Shown: positions 1 through 22,478, counted from the first letter of the stretch. The stretch is 64,000 nucleotides of DNA from Dictyostelium discoideum (GCA_000004695.1 CM000152.2:6080001-6144000); one strand, 5' to 3'. Numbers and translations: made by a program. Notes: generated by a model from the sequence alone, not told the origin.

Positions 1-612
1 CATACTAATTGTATACTACAATAGTTTATTTATATCAAAAAAAAAAAAAAAAAGTAACAAATTTTGAGTCGTAGGTTCGACTCTCTTTTTGGTTGGAACT
101 CAAATAAATCATTTTAAAAATTTAATAAAATTAGATATTAAAGATAATAAATTATTGTTGTTTATTTCCTTTAATGGATAAACATTGATTAATCAAAATT
201 AAAAAAAAAAAATAAAGAAAAAAATTAAAAAAATTGTGGTTCAAATTTAGAACATTTCAAAGAAAAAGATTTCCATCTTCACAAGCATCATGCAGCAAAA
301 AAGATCTAATTCTTTTAATTTTTTTAATTTTTTTTTTTATTTGAAGCATTTTAATTTGAAAGATTTTATTTATTTTGATTTTTAATCGAATTTTTTAAAA
401 GATATTAATTGATTTTTTTTTTTTTTTTTTTTTATTTGCTTTTCAAATAATAATTTTATTTAAAGTCGGAGCAAATAAACAAAGCTTGGTTTTAAAATAT
501 CTTGATTTTTTTTTTTTTTTTTTTTTTTTTTTATTTTTCGACCTAAAAAACCTATTTAATTTTTTTTATTTTTTTTTTATTTTTTTTTTTAAAAAATCAA
601 AAAAATAAACAA

Positions 613-1766
613 ATGAATAATTACAACTATTTATTTTTAATATTATTTGTACTTTTTATAAAAGGTTCCCAAGCAGTGATAAATCCAGCTGTTGGTGTTG
701 TTGAAGGTTATTACTGGACTCAAGCGGATGCAGTAAATGGACAATACGGTTCTTATTCTTTCTCTGACAGACAAAAACTCATTCAAATGATGGCAGCTAA
801 TAATTTGGGCGTTTATTGGTTTTCACCTCAAACAGTTGATGTCAATGCATTATGGAATACTCAACAATTAAATGAATGGACTACCATTGTTGCATTGGGA
901 GCAAGTTTGAATGTTAAAATCGTTTATGGAATTAGACCAGGTTGGTTAGATACTGCAGTTTTTCCAACTATTTTAGCAAGATTACAACAAATTGCCTCTT
1001 CTGGAATTACTTATTATACTGTTAATTTTGATGATGCTGAAGGAGGTAAATATATATATATATTTTTTACCCTTTTTTTTTTACATATTAATTTAATTCC
1101 ATATTATTTTTTTATAATATAGTTGATACTACATCTCAACAACAAAAAGAAGTTCAATTAATTAATTATCTTCAAACCAATTTACCAAGTATGACATTAT
1201 ATTCAGTTTTACCATTTGCTTATTATCAAGATATGTTTACAACTAGAACCAAATGGCAAAATGCATTAGCAACAATTAATGGAGTTTCATCAACTATTCC
1301 ATTTGTTTTCACAGGAAAAGAGATTGCACCATCAACAATGCAAACATCACAATTCCCAACACTTTCACCATCAAGACCATATAAATTCTTTGATAATTGG
1401 ATTGCTGGTGATACAAAAGATAGAATTTCTTGGGGTATGATTGATGGTAGAGTTGATTCAGTAATTTTCACCTCTCAATATGGTTACTTTTTAAATTTAG
1501 CATTCCCATTAGAAAGAGTTCCACACCATATCTACTGTTTGGGTCTTTTAGCAACCGGTTCAACAACATGTAGTGTCTCTGCATCTGCTACCTATTGGGC
1601 AAATTATTTAAATTCAAATGGTTTCATTCATAATGGTAAAACTGTTTCACAAGTTGCTACTTCCTTAACAAATGCAATTAATCAAGATAATTATTATGAT
1701 ACAATTGCTGATATGGAAGCTGCTTTTCCAAATTTATCAACAATCTTTTCAACTCCACCAGTATAA
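613..1766 (+). CDS. Secreted glycoside hydrolase family 84-like protein (NagJ/O-GlcNAcase-type beta-N-acetylglucosaminidase fold)
   Basis: Two exons, 613..1045 and 1123..1766, joined by a 77-nt AT-rich intron (GTAAAT...TATAG, phase 1) that links ORFs 613..1122 and 1191..1766 in frame. The N-terminal hydrophobic stretch MNNYNYLFLILFVLFIKGSQA looks like a signal peptide. Motifs GVVEGYYW, VKIVYGIRPGW, TVNFDDAEG (the catalytic Asp-Asp pair of GH84) and QQQKEVQLINYLQ align with GH84 catalytic domains as I recall them. Confidence 0.55.
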
Positions 1767-1890
1767 TTAAAAATTATCATTATTTAAAAAAAAAAAAAAA
1801 AAATATTAACTTTTTTTTTCAAAAATCAACTTATTTATTAATAAAAACCAAATTCTGGTTTTATTTTTTAAAAAAAATACAACATTTTAT

Positions 1891-11580
<9,690 letters not shown>

Positions 11581-12022
11581 TTTTTTATTTCCTTTTTCCT
11601 TTGATTATTTTTTTTAAATTTTTTATTTTTATTTGTGCATATAAAAAATTATTATTTTTTTTTTTTTTTTTTTTTTAATTTTATTTAATTTTATTATTTA
11701 TTTTATTTTTTTTTTTTTGATAAAAAAAAGTGTAAAAAAATATTATTTTGAATAAATAAATTAAAGCACAAAAAACAAATAAAAAAAAAAAAAAAAAAAA
11801 AAAAAGGGCAGAAAAAAATAAAAATAAAAAAAAAAAAAAAAATAAAATAAAATAAAATTGGAAAATAAAAAAAAAAAAAATTCGAAAAAATGAGATATTA
11901 TTTATAGATTTTTTTTTTTTTTAATACGATTATTATAAGAATGAAAATAAAATAAAAAAATAAAAAAAAAATAATAATTAAAGTTACTAACCCTGGTAGT
12001 CATTTACAATAATTTTTCATAG

Positions 12023-12061
<39 letters not shown>

Positions 12062-12301
12062 ATCATTTTAATAATTGGCATATGAAAAGTTGTTATAAAA
12101 AAAAAAAAAATGGAGAATTGGTGATATTTATCTCGAGTGTGGAGTTTTAAAATTAAAATTAAAAAAAAAAAAAAAAAAATTTTTTTTTTTGAAAATCCCA
12201 AAAATAAAAAATAAAAAAATATATAAGTGTGTTAGTTTTTTACATTATTTTTATTTTTTATTATCAATTTTTATTTTTCAAAAAAAAAAAAATATAAAAC
12301 T

Positions 12302-12306
12302 AGATA

Positions 12307-12333
<27 letters not shown>
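12302..12333. repeat. (GA)n dinucleotide microsatellite in the promoter region of the downstream membrane-protein gene
   Basis: The sequence is ccagagagagagagagagagagagagagagagatagag, followed by degenerate GA/CAGA units up to about 12400. Confidence 0.9.
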
Positions 12334-12348
<15 letters not shown>

Positions 12349-12417
12349 AAAGTAGAGAGAGATATACAGACAGACATACAGACAGAGAGATATATATTAA
12401 TTCAAATAGAAAATAAA

Positions 12418-13336
12418 ATGGAATTTTATACACATTTCAGTGTCGATAGAGAATTATTGGAAATATATATCTATATTTTAAAAGTTTTATTAGCATGTAA
12501 AATGTTTAATTTCGTTGTACCAATAAAAACTTTTTTTTATAGAGTTATTTGTTGTACAGCATTAACATTAGCAAGTCCAACCATTTCATCAGTATTATTA
12601 AATCAATTACCAAAATATCTTCATCCATCTCATCAATATGTACTACCATTTGTTTTATCATTAAGTTTGCTATTAAATTCAATACTTTATTATTATAAAA
12701 GAATAAATAAAATCCCTCAAAATCAATTATTAGATGAAAATCATTTATTTATAAAGGTAACATATATACATATAGATTAGATAAATATTTAATTATTAAT
12801 TATTATTAGTTATTAATAACCATTGCTATTTTAGATACTTTCTTCAATATTTTGTGTAATAATAGGAATGGATGATATATTTTCAGTTCATTGCAAAGCA
12901 CAACATATTGTTCAAAAAACAATGGTTGGGTCATTATTTATGGGTTTTATGTCTGTTAGTTTGGGTACTTTTATTGGAAGTGTAGTTAGAAAATCCTCTA
13001 GAGGTGATCCAAATATTTTAGAAAATCCAACACCGTATGTTATTATATTATATTTTATTTAGTTTATAATTAATAATTTAATTTTTGAAAATTAACAAAA
13101 TTATTTTATAATGATAAAATTGATAATATTATAGGGATTTTATAGCAATTAATTTTATGGTTACAATTTATTATTTTTGGAAGGATTTTGGACAGATAAT
13201 AATCAGTTTACCATTTATCAATTTAAAATTATATATTGATGAAATTTTATTATTCTCATTCGCATTATTATACTCATTAATATATATTTTTGATATTATA
13301 TCATTTATAAATCAAAAAAATAATTTAAAATTTAAA

Positions 13337-13390
<54 letters not shown>

Positions 13391-13399
13391 TTCAACTAA
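12418..13399 (+). CDS. Small multi-pass membrane protein, family not recognised (about 267 aa, three exons)
   Basis: Exon 1 is 12418..12756 (MEFYTHFSVDREL..., donor GTAACA, phase 0). Exon 2 is 12835..13034 (acceptor TTTTAG, donor GTATGT, phase 2). Exon 3 is 13135..13399 (acceptor TATAG; ends in a poly-Asn tail, then the stop). Several hydrophobic segments are present. Codon composition is coding-like, in contrast to the flanks. Confidence 0.5.
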
Positions 13400-13495
13400 A
13401 ATAAAAAAAAAAAAAAAAAAAAAAAGAATAAATTCAATTAAAAAAAAACTTCTCATATAATTACTAGTGTTATTATATACGATTTTCTTATTTTA

Positions 13496-13551
<56 letters not shown>

Positions 13552-13589
13552 GAAAACCAGACAGAGAGATATAAATTCAAATAGAAAAT

Positions 13590-14210
13590 AAAATGGAAAT
13601 TTATACACATTACAATGTTGATAGAGAATCATTGGAAACGTTTTTGTATATTTTAAAAGTTTTATTGGCATGTAAAATGTTTAATTTCGTTGTACCAATA
13701 AAAACTTTTTTTATTGAGTTATTTGTTGTACACCATTATCATTAGCAAGTCCAACCATTTCATCAGTATTATTAAATCAATTACCAAAATTTCTTAACCC
13801 ATCTCATCAATATGTACTACCATTTGTTTTATCATTAAGTTTTATATTAAATTCAATAATTTATTATTATAAAAGAAGAAATAATATACCTCAAAATCAA
13901 TTATTAGATATTATTAGATGAAACTCATTTATATATAAAGGTAGCATATGTATATAGATACATACATATACATTAATAAATATTTAATAATAATAATAAT
14001 AATATTATGGGGAATTTATAAATTTATTATTTTTGTAAGGATTTTGGACAGAGAATAATCATTTTACCATTTATCAATTTAAAATTATATAAAATTTTCT
14101 TATTCTCATTCGCATTATTATACTCTATAATATATATTTTTAATATTATATCATTTATAAATCAAAAAAATCATTTAAATAATAATAATGATAAAAAATT
14201 CAGTTAAGTG
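13590..14210 (+). pseudogene. Degenerate tandem duplicate of the 12418..13399 membrane-protein gene
   Basis: About 85-90% nucleotide identity to exon 1 and exon 3 of the upstream gene. The copy includes the upstream CAGAGAGA/ttcaaatagaaaataaaATGGAA promoter-proximal segment. A 1-nt deletion in a T-run (ACTTTTTTTATTGAG versus ACTTTTTTTTATAGAG) creates a premature TAG. The exon 2 equivalent is deleted. The exon 3 equivalent is retained but diverged. Confidence 0.7.
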
Positions 14211-14569
14211 GAAAAAAAAAATTTTATAAAAGAATAAATCCAAAACTTATTAAATAATTAAGTGTATATTATATACGATATTTTTTTTACAAAGAATTAA
14301 TACCTAATACCACTGGGGGATATGTTTTTTTTTTTTTTTAATTTTTTTTAAAATAGATAAATTAATATAAAAACACACACATAAACCACACACACTCTCT
14401 CTATCTTTTCCACAAATTTCCATTTATTTGGACATAGAATTATTTTTTTTAAACACCACACCCACACACTTTAATATCTAAATTTGCTTTTTTGGAATAA
14501 TATTCAAAATTAAATTTTTTAAAAAAAAAATTTAAAAATAAAATAAAATAAAAAAAAGTAAAAACTAAA

Positions 14570-14600
<31 letters not shown>

Positions 14601-14662
14601 TAAAATTTAAAATCTAAACAGATTTACAATTTTCATTAATTTTATTTTTTTGGTTTTTTTAA

Positions 14663-14694
<32 letters not shown>

Positions 14695-15573
14695 TATTTA
14701 AAAAAAAAATATTTAAAAAAAAAGGGTTTTAAATGTGAATTTGGGGGTAAATACGATTTTAGAAAATTTGATAAAAAATTTGGTTCTATTGTTAACAGAT
14801 CTAAAAATAATCAAAAAATAAAAAAATAAAATTTAAAGTAAAAAAATAAAATGTTTTGAAATTTTGTGTTAATTTTAGAAAAAAAAAAAAAAAAAAAAAA
14901 AAAATAAACAAAACAAAAAATTAAAAAATCAACAACGGACAATTTAAAAACTAAATAAAGATATAAATATTAATATTAAAATTATTTTTCCTATAAAAAT
15001 AAAAACTTTTATAATTTTTAATCTAAAATTAGTTAAAGTAATAATTAAACTCTATTCATAATAATTATTAATTGTTTAATTTATTTATTTATTTATTTAT
15101 TAAATTAATTTTTTTTTTTTTATTATTTAAAGAAAAAAAAAAACCAAAAAAAAAAAAACCAAAAAAACAAAAAATCCAAAAATTATTCAAATTAAAATAC
15201 AAATAAAATAATAATAAAAACTTATTATAATAAAAAGAATTTTTTTCTTTTTTATTTTAATTTTAAAACCAAAAAAAAAAAAAAAAAAATATAAAAACTT
15301 TGAAAAAAAATTAAGAGATATTTTTTTTTTTTTAAATAAAATAATAATAATTATATAAAAAACACAATATACCATTTTTTAAAATGAATATTAAGAGAAC
15401 GTATGTATTAAATTAAATTATTTTTTTTATTTTTTTATTTTAATTTTAAATATTCATTTTTCGTAATTATTTATTTCCCATTAAAACTAATTAAATATCC
15501 ATATCCCATCAAATATATATATATATATATATATAAAAAAAAAATTTTAAAAAAATAAAATAAAATAAAAATG

Positions 15574-15615
<42 letters not shown>

Positions 15616-16149
15616 AACCATTAAACAAATTAAAAAAACAAACTTTTTTTTTTTTTTTTTTATTTTTTTATTTTTTTATTTTTGGTTATATCTTTATAAT
15701 TTTTTTTTAAATTATAAAAACAGTAAAAAACATAGATTTTATCCATTTTACACATTCTCTTAATTTTCAGAAAAACATAAAAAAAATAACCACAAAAATA
15801 ATTCATACAGATTGAATTTTCTATCAAATTAATTTCAATTTCATTTTATATCAATTTTAAGAATTAAAAAAAAAAAAAATAAAACCAACAAAAACAAAAA
15901 TATCCATTTTAAACATTAATTTTATAAACCATAAAAACTCCATTGGTAAATATTAAAATAATACTATTTAGATCTATAAATTTTAAATTTCCATTTTATT
16001 TTATTTATTATTTTTTTTTTTTTTAAATTTATTTTTTAAATTTAAATTTAAATATTTATTTTTTTTTTAATTTAATTATTTATTTTTTTATTTTTTGATA
16101 TTTCAAACCTCATAATGAAACTTACTTTTTTTTTTTTTTTAATTTCTCT

Positions 16150-16184
<35 letters not shown>

Positions 16185-16362
16185 CCTTCCTTCTTTCCAA
16201 AACTCGAAATTTTACATTAATTTAAAAAAAAAAAAAAAATCAATAATAATAATAAAAATAATAATACTAATAATAAATAATTCAATAATCAATCATAATT
16301 AAATTTTCAATAATATTCGATTTTGTAAAATATTAATATTTATAAAAAAAAAAAAAAAAAAA

Positions 16363-17850
16363 ATGATTAAAAAAATTAAATTATCAAGTTTCACAAAAAT
16401 TATTAAATCCATTGGAAAGAAAAAAAGCATGGATTCAATTTATGGGAAAAATTGGGAAGGATTAAATATTTTCTCATATGAGGTATTGGTCCATATTTTC
16501 TCATTTTTAGATTGTAAGTTTTAAATTAAAATAAAATAAAATAAAAAAAAAAAAAAAAAAAAACAAAAGAGAATATTTTATTTATAAAATCTATTACTTA
16601 ATTTTTATAATTAGTGACCGATATTAAGAATTTAAAATTAGTATCAAAAGATTTTTCAAATATAGCATCTGAGTGTTGTTTATGGAGAATGTTTTTAATT
16701 AAATTACATACTGATGGAAAGATTTCACCAAGAGTTTGTCATTCAGCTGTTGTTTATAAAAATTTAATGTATGTTTATGGTGGACATTTACCAGATAGTC
16801 ATACTTTTATTAAAGATGTTAAAAGTGATTTAAATGCTTATGATTTTGGTATGTAAATAATTTTTAATTATTATTATTACTATTATTATTTTTTTTTTTT
16901 TTCAATTATTAATAATTTTTTTTTTTTTTTTTTTTAGAAACTAGAAAATGGAATACATTAACAACAACAGGAATAAATATGCCAGAGAAAACTGAACATT
17001 CAGCAGTGGTTTATAAGAATTCAATGTATACATTTGGAGGTTATTCAGGTACATCATCAAATTATATGGATATTTCAGTTTATAAATTAAATTTAGATAC
17101 AATGGAAGGTGAAATATTAAATGGTACTGGTCAAAAACCAATGGGTAGATCAGCTCATTCTGCAGTGATTTGGAAAGAATATATGTATATTTTTGGTGGT
17201 TGGGATGGTACAGAATCAAATAATACTTTCTATCGTTTAAATTTAGATACATTGGTGTGGTCATTAGTTCCAGCAAAAGGTACACCACCACCTTGTATTA
17301 GGTCCCACTCTGCAGTTGCTCATAACGATTTCTTATATATTATTGGTGGTTATGGTCCAAACGGTCATACTGAACGTCCATATAGTTATGATTTGGCTAA
17401 TAATCAATGGGTGCCAATGTTAATGAATAATAATAATAATATTAATAATAGTAAAGGTGGTAGTAATAATAAAGGAAAGAATAGCCATGATGATGGTCGT
17501 GGACCATGTTCACGTTCACGTCTACGTACAGTTGTTTATGGTAATAGTTTATGGTGCTTAGGTGGTTGGAATAGATCATGCTATTATAATGATCTTTGGA
17601 AATTTAATTTGGATACTCGCCAATGGAGTAAAATTAATTCATCATTTGAATTAAAAGGTATTGGTCAATATTCAGTTGTTGCATATAGAAACCAACTCTA
17701 CTTCTATGGTGGATATAATCCAACCACTAGTTCACCACAACCAAACGTTTATACTTATATTGTTGAAAAAGATCTCGAAAGAGATTCAATCAAAAACAAA
17801 AAGAATACTTTAGAACCAATGGAAATTTTTATTGATAAAAATAATAATAA

Positions 17851-17904
<54 letters not shown>

Positions 17905-18133
17905 TAATAATAATAATAATAAATTCATTTCTTCAATTAATATTTCTTCAACCGATGATAATAATGATAAAAATAATAATAACAATAATAATAATAATAG
18001 TGATAACGAATCACAATCAATCGATAATAATACCAATAATAACAATAATAATAATAATGATGATGATGACGACAAACAAAATTCTAATATTTACAATCAA
18101 AACCTTTCAAATGTTGGAATACCAACAAATTGA
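16363..18133 (+). CDS. F-box/Kelch-repeat protein with a C-terminal poly-Asn/Asp tail
   Basis: Exon 1 is 16363..16513 (MIKKIKLSSF...WEGLNIFSYEVLVHIFSFLD, an F-box; donor GTAAGT, phase 1). Exon 2 is 16615..16848 (acceptor ATTAG, donor GTATGT, phase 1). Exon 3 is 16938..18133 (acceptor TTTTTAG). There are six Kelch-like blades with the recurring motifs HSAVVYKN.MY.FGG and W..V/L. Confidence 0.7.
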
Positions 18134-18589
18134 AAATAATAATAATTTATAAAATATATTAAAAAAAAAAAAATAATCTTTGTACATATATATAAAAAAT
18201 AAAATAAAATTAATGTAATAGAAATAATTGATTTTTATTTTTTTTTTTATTTTTTTTTTTTTTTTTTATTTAAAGTTATAATTGTTTATAATATTATATT
18301 TAAATGATTGATTTTCAAGTTCAATAATAATTTTAAATTTTTTTTCTATTGATCTATAAAATTTTATTAAAAATAAAAATTTTTATTTATATTTTTATTT
18401 TTTAATATAAATCCCAATTAGTTGATTTTTTTTTTTTTTTTTTTTACTTTTATTTTTTTTTTCTTTTTTTTTTTATTTTTAATTTATAAATTTAATTTTT
18501 TTTTATTTTTTTTTTTTCTCCTAATGTTATTATTGTAAATCAATTCAAATAAATTAAAAAAAAAAAAAAATCAAAAACCAAATTAAATG

Positions 18590-18940
18590 GAAAAAAAAAA
18601 TGGAATATGAAAAATTTATGAATGAAAATAAAGAAATTGGTAGATTTAACTGTAGAGAAAGAAAATTTAAACATAGAAAATGAAAATTTAAAACAAATAT
18701 TAGTAGATTCAAATGTAGAGAAAGAAAATCTTAAAACAAAAATTAGTAGATTCAACTGTAGAGAGAAAATTTAAACATAGAAAATGAAAATTTAAAACAA
18801 AAATTAGTAGATTCAACTGTAGAGAAAGAAAATTTAAACATAGAAAAGGAAAATTTAAAACAAATATTAGTAGATTCAACTTTAAAAATTGAAAATTTAA
18901 AACAAACAGTAGATTCAGCTTTAAATAAAAATGTAAGTAA
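18590..18940 (+). repeat. Tandem minisatellite, about 62-bp unit in 5-6 copies
   Basis: The repeated unit is tagtagattcaa(c/a)tgtagagaaagaaaatttaaacatagaaaatgaaaatttaaaacaaa(t/a)at. Units differ by 1-nt indels, so no single frame is maintained. The array ends with ...aaaaatGTAAGTaaaatcatttag, a donor-like site. Confidence 0.8.
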
Positions 18941-18949
18941 AATCATTTA

Positions 18950-20010
18950 GTAATAATTTTTAAAAATATATTTGCATAATAAAATTAATATGTTAATCTA
19001 TTTAATTTAGGAATCTTCGGTTTTTTAATTAATACCGAAGAAATTAATTTTACCAAATATGATATTATTGAAAAAAATACTATATTACTAAAAACTATGA
19101 AATAAATGAAGGAATTCAATTACTCTCAGATCTGTTGTTTTTCCTTGAAAATGAAATAACAGAGATTCCATCATCATTTTAAAAAATTTTAAAAAAATAT
19201 ACATCTGGTGATGTTGAATTTTTCTATGGTCCAACTTCATCTGTTTTTATTGCCAATGACAAGTTAGTATTTAAATGGTTTAATAATTCATCCGATTATA
19301 AACATGAAGTATACTATTTAAGCCTATTAAATGGTATTGAAGGTACTCCATCAATTATGCGTGAAAATGAAAAGAAAATTGGATTGAATCAATCACCAAG
19401 AGGGCGTTTGGTTTGGGATTTAAAAGATAAAGTTCTTCCAATATCATTCTACACAAAGGTATGTAAATCCAATTCAATAATTATATAATACCCTATTTTT
19501 AGAGATATATATGTATATATACTAACCCTTATTTTAAAATTAAAGTCTGTAGAAATTCTTCAAAACATTCACGAAAGATTTATTATTCATAGAGATATTA
19601 GATTATCTAATCTTTTGAAAATGGATAATGGTTCACCACTTTTGGTTGATTTTGGTTTTGCAACTAATACTAGAAACGATGTAGAGTATTGCGGAACTTT
19701 GACTACAGCTTCGAACAGAATTTATGAAAAATTATTAGATAATGGTTTTTATGATACATTTTCAGTAACAGAAGCTGATGATTTGGAATCATTGGTAAAA
19801 GTGTTTGTAATGGAGAATGAAGATTGTGTCAAAGGAATTATCAACTCAATTAAAAGTAAAAAGGTAAGGCTCTTAAAGACAAATTGGGATTGGTTAAAAA
19901 AAAAATACAATAACTATTCAAAACTTTTTCAACTTGCATCAAATAAAAACTATGAAGAGTTAAAAAAGGAATTTTTAATTGTTGACCAAATCAAAAAATC
20001 AAATAAATGA
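18950..20010 (+). pseudogene. Degenerate or truncated paralog of the atypical kinase gene at 23185..25520
   Basis: The 3' part is intact and spliced: ...FFYGPTSSVFIANDKLVFKWFNN...LPISFYTK, then GTATGT...TTAAAG, then SVEILQNIHERFIIHRDIRLSNLLKMDNGSPLLVDFGFATN...KKSNK with a stop at 20008..20010. The region homologous to the middle of the paralog (19000..19200) carries in-frame stops and frameshifts (...EITEIPSSF then TAA), and there is no intact N-terminal exon. Confidence 0.55.
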
Positions 20011-20351
20011 TAAAAAGAACAAAATTGATTGCAACCCCTAGTCTTTATTATGCTTTCAAAAAATTTACAAAAAGTTTCCAATAAATCAGAGAATAAATTT
20101 TTTTTTTTTTTTAATAGGATTTAATATTTAAAGAAATCAATTATTTGAAAAAGATAAATGGGTGGAAAGAATAAAAAATTATTAATAATTATTATTACCT
20201 TTTTTTTTTTATTATTTATTTTTTTAACTAAAAATCTATATTTTATAAAATATAAAATATATTCCCTGTCCTTAAAAATAAAAAAAAAAAACATTACACC
20301 AAAATAACGTTTCAAAAAAAAAATAAATACTTTTTATTTTAAATTTAAAAT

Positions 20352-20389
<38 letters not shown>

Positions 20390-20684
20390 AAAGTTAGATT
20401 GTATTTTTTTAAAAAATAAATACCAAAATTTTTATTTTTGAAATATAAATATTATAAAATGAAAAAAAGAAAATAATATAATGATTATTTGTTTTATTGC
20501 TTTGTATAAAAATAACATTCAAACCCAAGGTTATTTTTGACACTTTTTCTAAAAGAACAATAGAATCTTTTTTTTTAAATTCTGTGCAAGGTGTTCGTGG
20601 GAAATTTTTTTTTAAGATTTTTTTTTTATTTTCATAAATTGTTTGGTTTTCGTATTTTTTAACCAGGGTCAAGTTTCAAGATTA

Positions 20685-20726
<42 letters not shown>

Positions 20727-20945
20727 TATTGTAAAAACACAATATAATTATATATACATATTTTTTTTTTTTTTATTATTATATAAATAATTAAAATGTC
20801 AAATTCTATTTTTAGACACTAAATAAAAAAAATAAAAAAAAATAATAATAATATAATTTAATTACATATATTGTATTAGTAAAATTCACATATATTTTTT
20901 CAAAAAAATAAATAAATAAAAAAATAATAAAATAATAATAAAAAA

Positions 20946-22478
20946 ATGAATAACACTAATATTGAAAATAACAATAATATTGGAAATAATAATAATGAGG
21001 AGAGAGAAATAATTGGTTCAGCAATAATAACAAATAGTATAGATAATAGTGATAAAAATAATGAAAATGAGTTAATTAAATTAGGTAAACAAATCGATGA
21101 TATTGAAGATGCAAAATCATTATTAAAAAAAAATAAAGAACAACTTGAATCATTACAAAATAATAAAATTGATTTAAATAAATCATCAAATGCAGTACCA
21201 AACAATGTATTAAAAACATCAACAAATTCAATTCCAGAAAATAAAGGTTTAAAATCATCAACAACAAATTTAAATAAGAGTACTGGTTTAAAACTAAGTC
21301 AATTATTTGTTAATCCATTATTATATAGTGTTGCCTCTGAAGATCATATGGTACTTCAGGTTTCACCATCTGAAATGCCACCATCGCCACGTGATATTGA
21401 AGCTGCAAATAATGAAGAGGATGATGATAGCGATAATATTCCAATGAATAAGGTTGACTCCAATTTAACCACTACTCCTGGTGGTGAAAATAATAATAAT
21501 GATGATGAAGAAATTACAGATGATGGTAATGTTAAAGTTGTTCAAAGAAATAAATATTTACAAAAATGGGATGAGATTTGGTCGAAATTTCAAGGTATTA
21601 TTTTATTGGTACTTAGTACTGGTCTTTTTTCAGTTATGGCATTAGCAGTTAAACAACTTTCAAAAGAATTATCATCATTAGAGATTGCTTTCTTTAGGTC
21701 ATTTTATTGTTTTATAGGTTGTCTTTTAATTTTATTTCCATTGAAAATTAATCCATTAGGTCCAAAAGAAAAGCGTTTATTCTTATCATTACGTGGTCTT
21801 TCAGGTACTATTGGTTTATGTGCTTATTTCTATTCCATCACAGTTTTACCATTATCAGAAGCTGTAATCATTTCATTCACTAGTCCAGTTATGACCGCTG
21901 CATTAGCTGCGGTACTATTAAAAGAGAAATGGGGACCAGTTCAAGCAATATGTGCATTCTTATCATTATGTGGTATTACAGTTATTTCAAAACCATCATT
22001 CCTTTTCCACGATGATCATAATGATGGTTCAACTGCAAGTCATGCTGAAGGTGATCCACATAAATTATTATATATTTTTACAGGTATTATAGGTGCATTC
22101 TTTGGTGCAATCTCTTATATCGCAGTGAGAAAGGTGGGTCCAAATGTGCATGCATTTGTATTGGTAACTTATTTCTCTGGTTTAGCTTCACTAGTTACTT
22201 TTCCATCAGCTTTCATATTCCAAACTTTCAAATGGCCATCATTAAAAGCTTGGGGTTGGATTACATTAATGGGTGTTTTTGGTACAGTTGCTCAAGGTGC
22301 AGTCAATAGAGGTATTCAATTGGAAAAAGCTGCAAAAGCCGCTGCAATGAATTATCTTCAAATTATTTTTACATTTATTTGGGAAATTACATTCCTCCAT
22401 GAAACAATTGATTGGATAACATTATTAGCTGCTGGTTTAATTTTATCATGTGCTATTGTGACTGCCATAAGAAAATAA
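20946..22478 (+). CDS. EamA-domain transporter (drug/metabolite transporter superfamily, SLC35G-like), single exon
   Basis: A 510-aa ORF. The N-terminal Asn-rich region is followed by ten hydrophobic helices containing two EamA-like repeats (FFRSFYCFIGCLLILFPL...; ...VTYFSGLASLVTFPSAFIF...TLLAAGLILSCAIV). Confidence 0.7.
   Translation: MNNTNIENNNNIGNNNNEEREIIGSAIITNSIDNSDKNNENELIKLGKQIDDIEDAKSLLKKNKEQLESLQNNKIDLNKSSNAVPNNVLKTSTNSIPENKGLKSSTTNLNKSTGLKLSQLFVNPLLYSVASEDHMVLQVSPSEMPPSPRDIEAANNEEDDDSDNIPMNKVDSNLTTTPGGENNNNDDEEITDDGNVKVVQRNKYLQKWDEIWSKFQGIILLVLSTGLFSVMALAVKQLSKELSSLEIAFFRSFYCFIGCLLILFPLKINPLGPKEKRLFLSLRGLSGTIGLCAYFYSITVLPLSEAVIISFTSPVMTAALAAVLLKEKWGPVQAICAFLSLCGITVISKPSFLFHDDHNDGSTASHAEGDPHKLLYIFTGIIGAFFGAISYIAVRKVGPNVHAFVLVTYFSGLASLVTFPSAFIFQTFKWPSLKAWGWITLMGVFGTVAQGAVNRGIQLEKAAKAAAMNYLQIIFTFIWEITFLHETIDWITLLAAGLILSCAIVTAIRK

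Noticed and set aside
60-100. tRNA-like T-arm fragment (gtaggttcgactc) near the window start
   Set aside because: Only a partial match to the GGTTCGA T-loop consensus. There is no complementary CCTAC stem, no acceptor stem, and the upstream sequence is a poly(A) run, so it is not a tRNA gene.
18590-18940. Possibility that the ~62-bp tandem array is a CRISPR-like array or a satellite with spacers
   Set aside because: The units are directly abutting with no unique spacers, and the context is a eukaryotic AT-rich intergenic or pseudogene region. It is a minisatellite.
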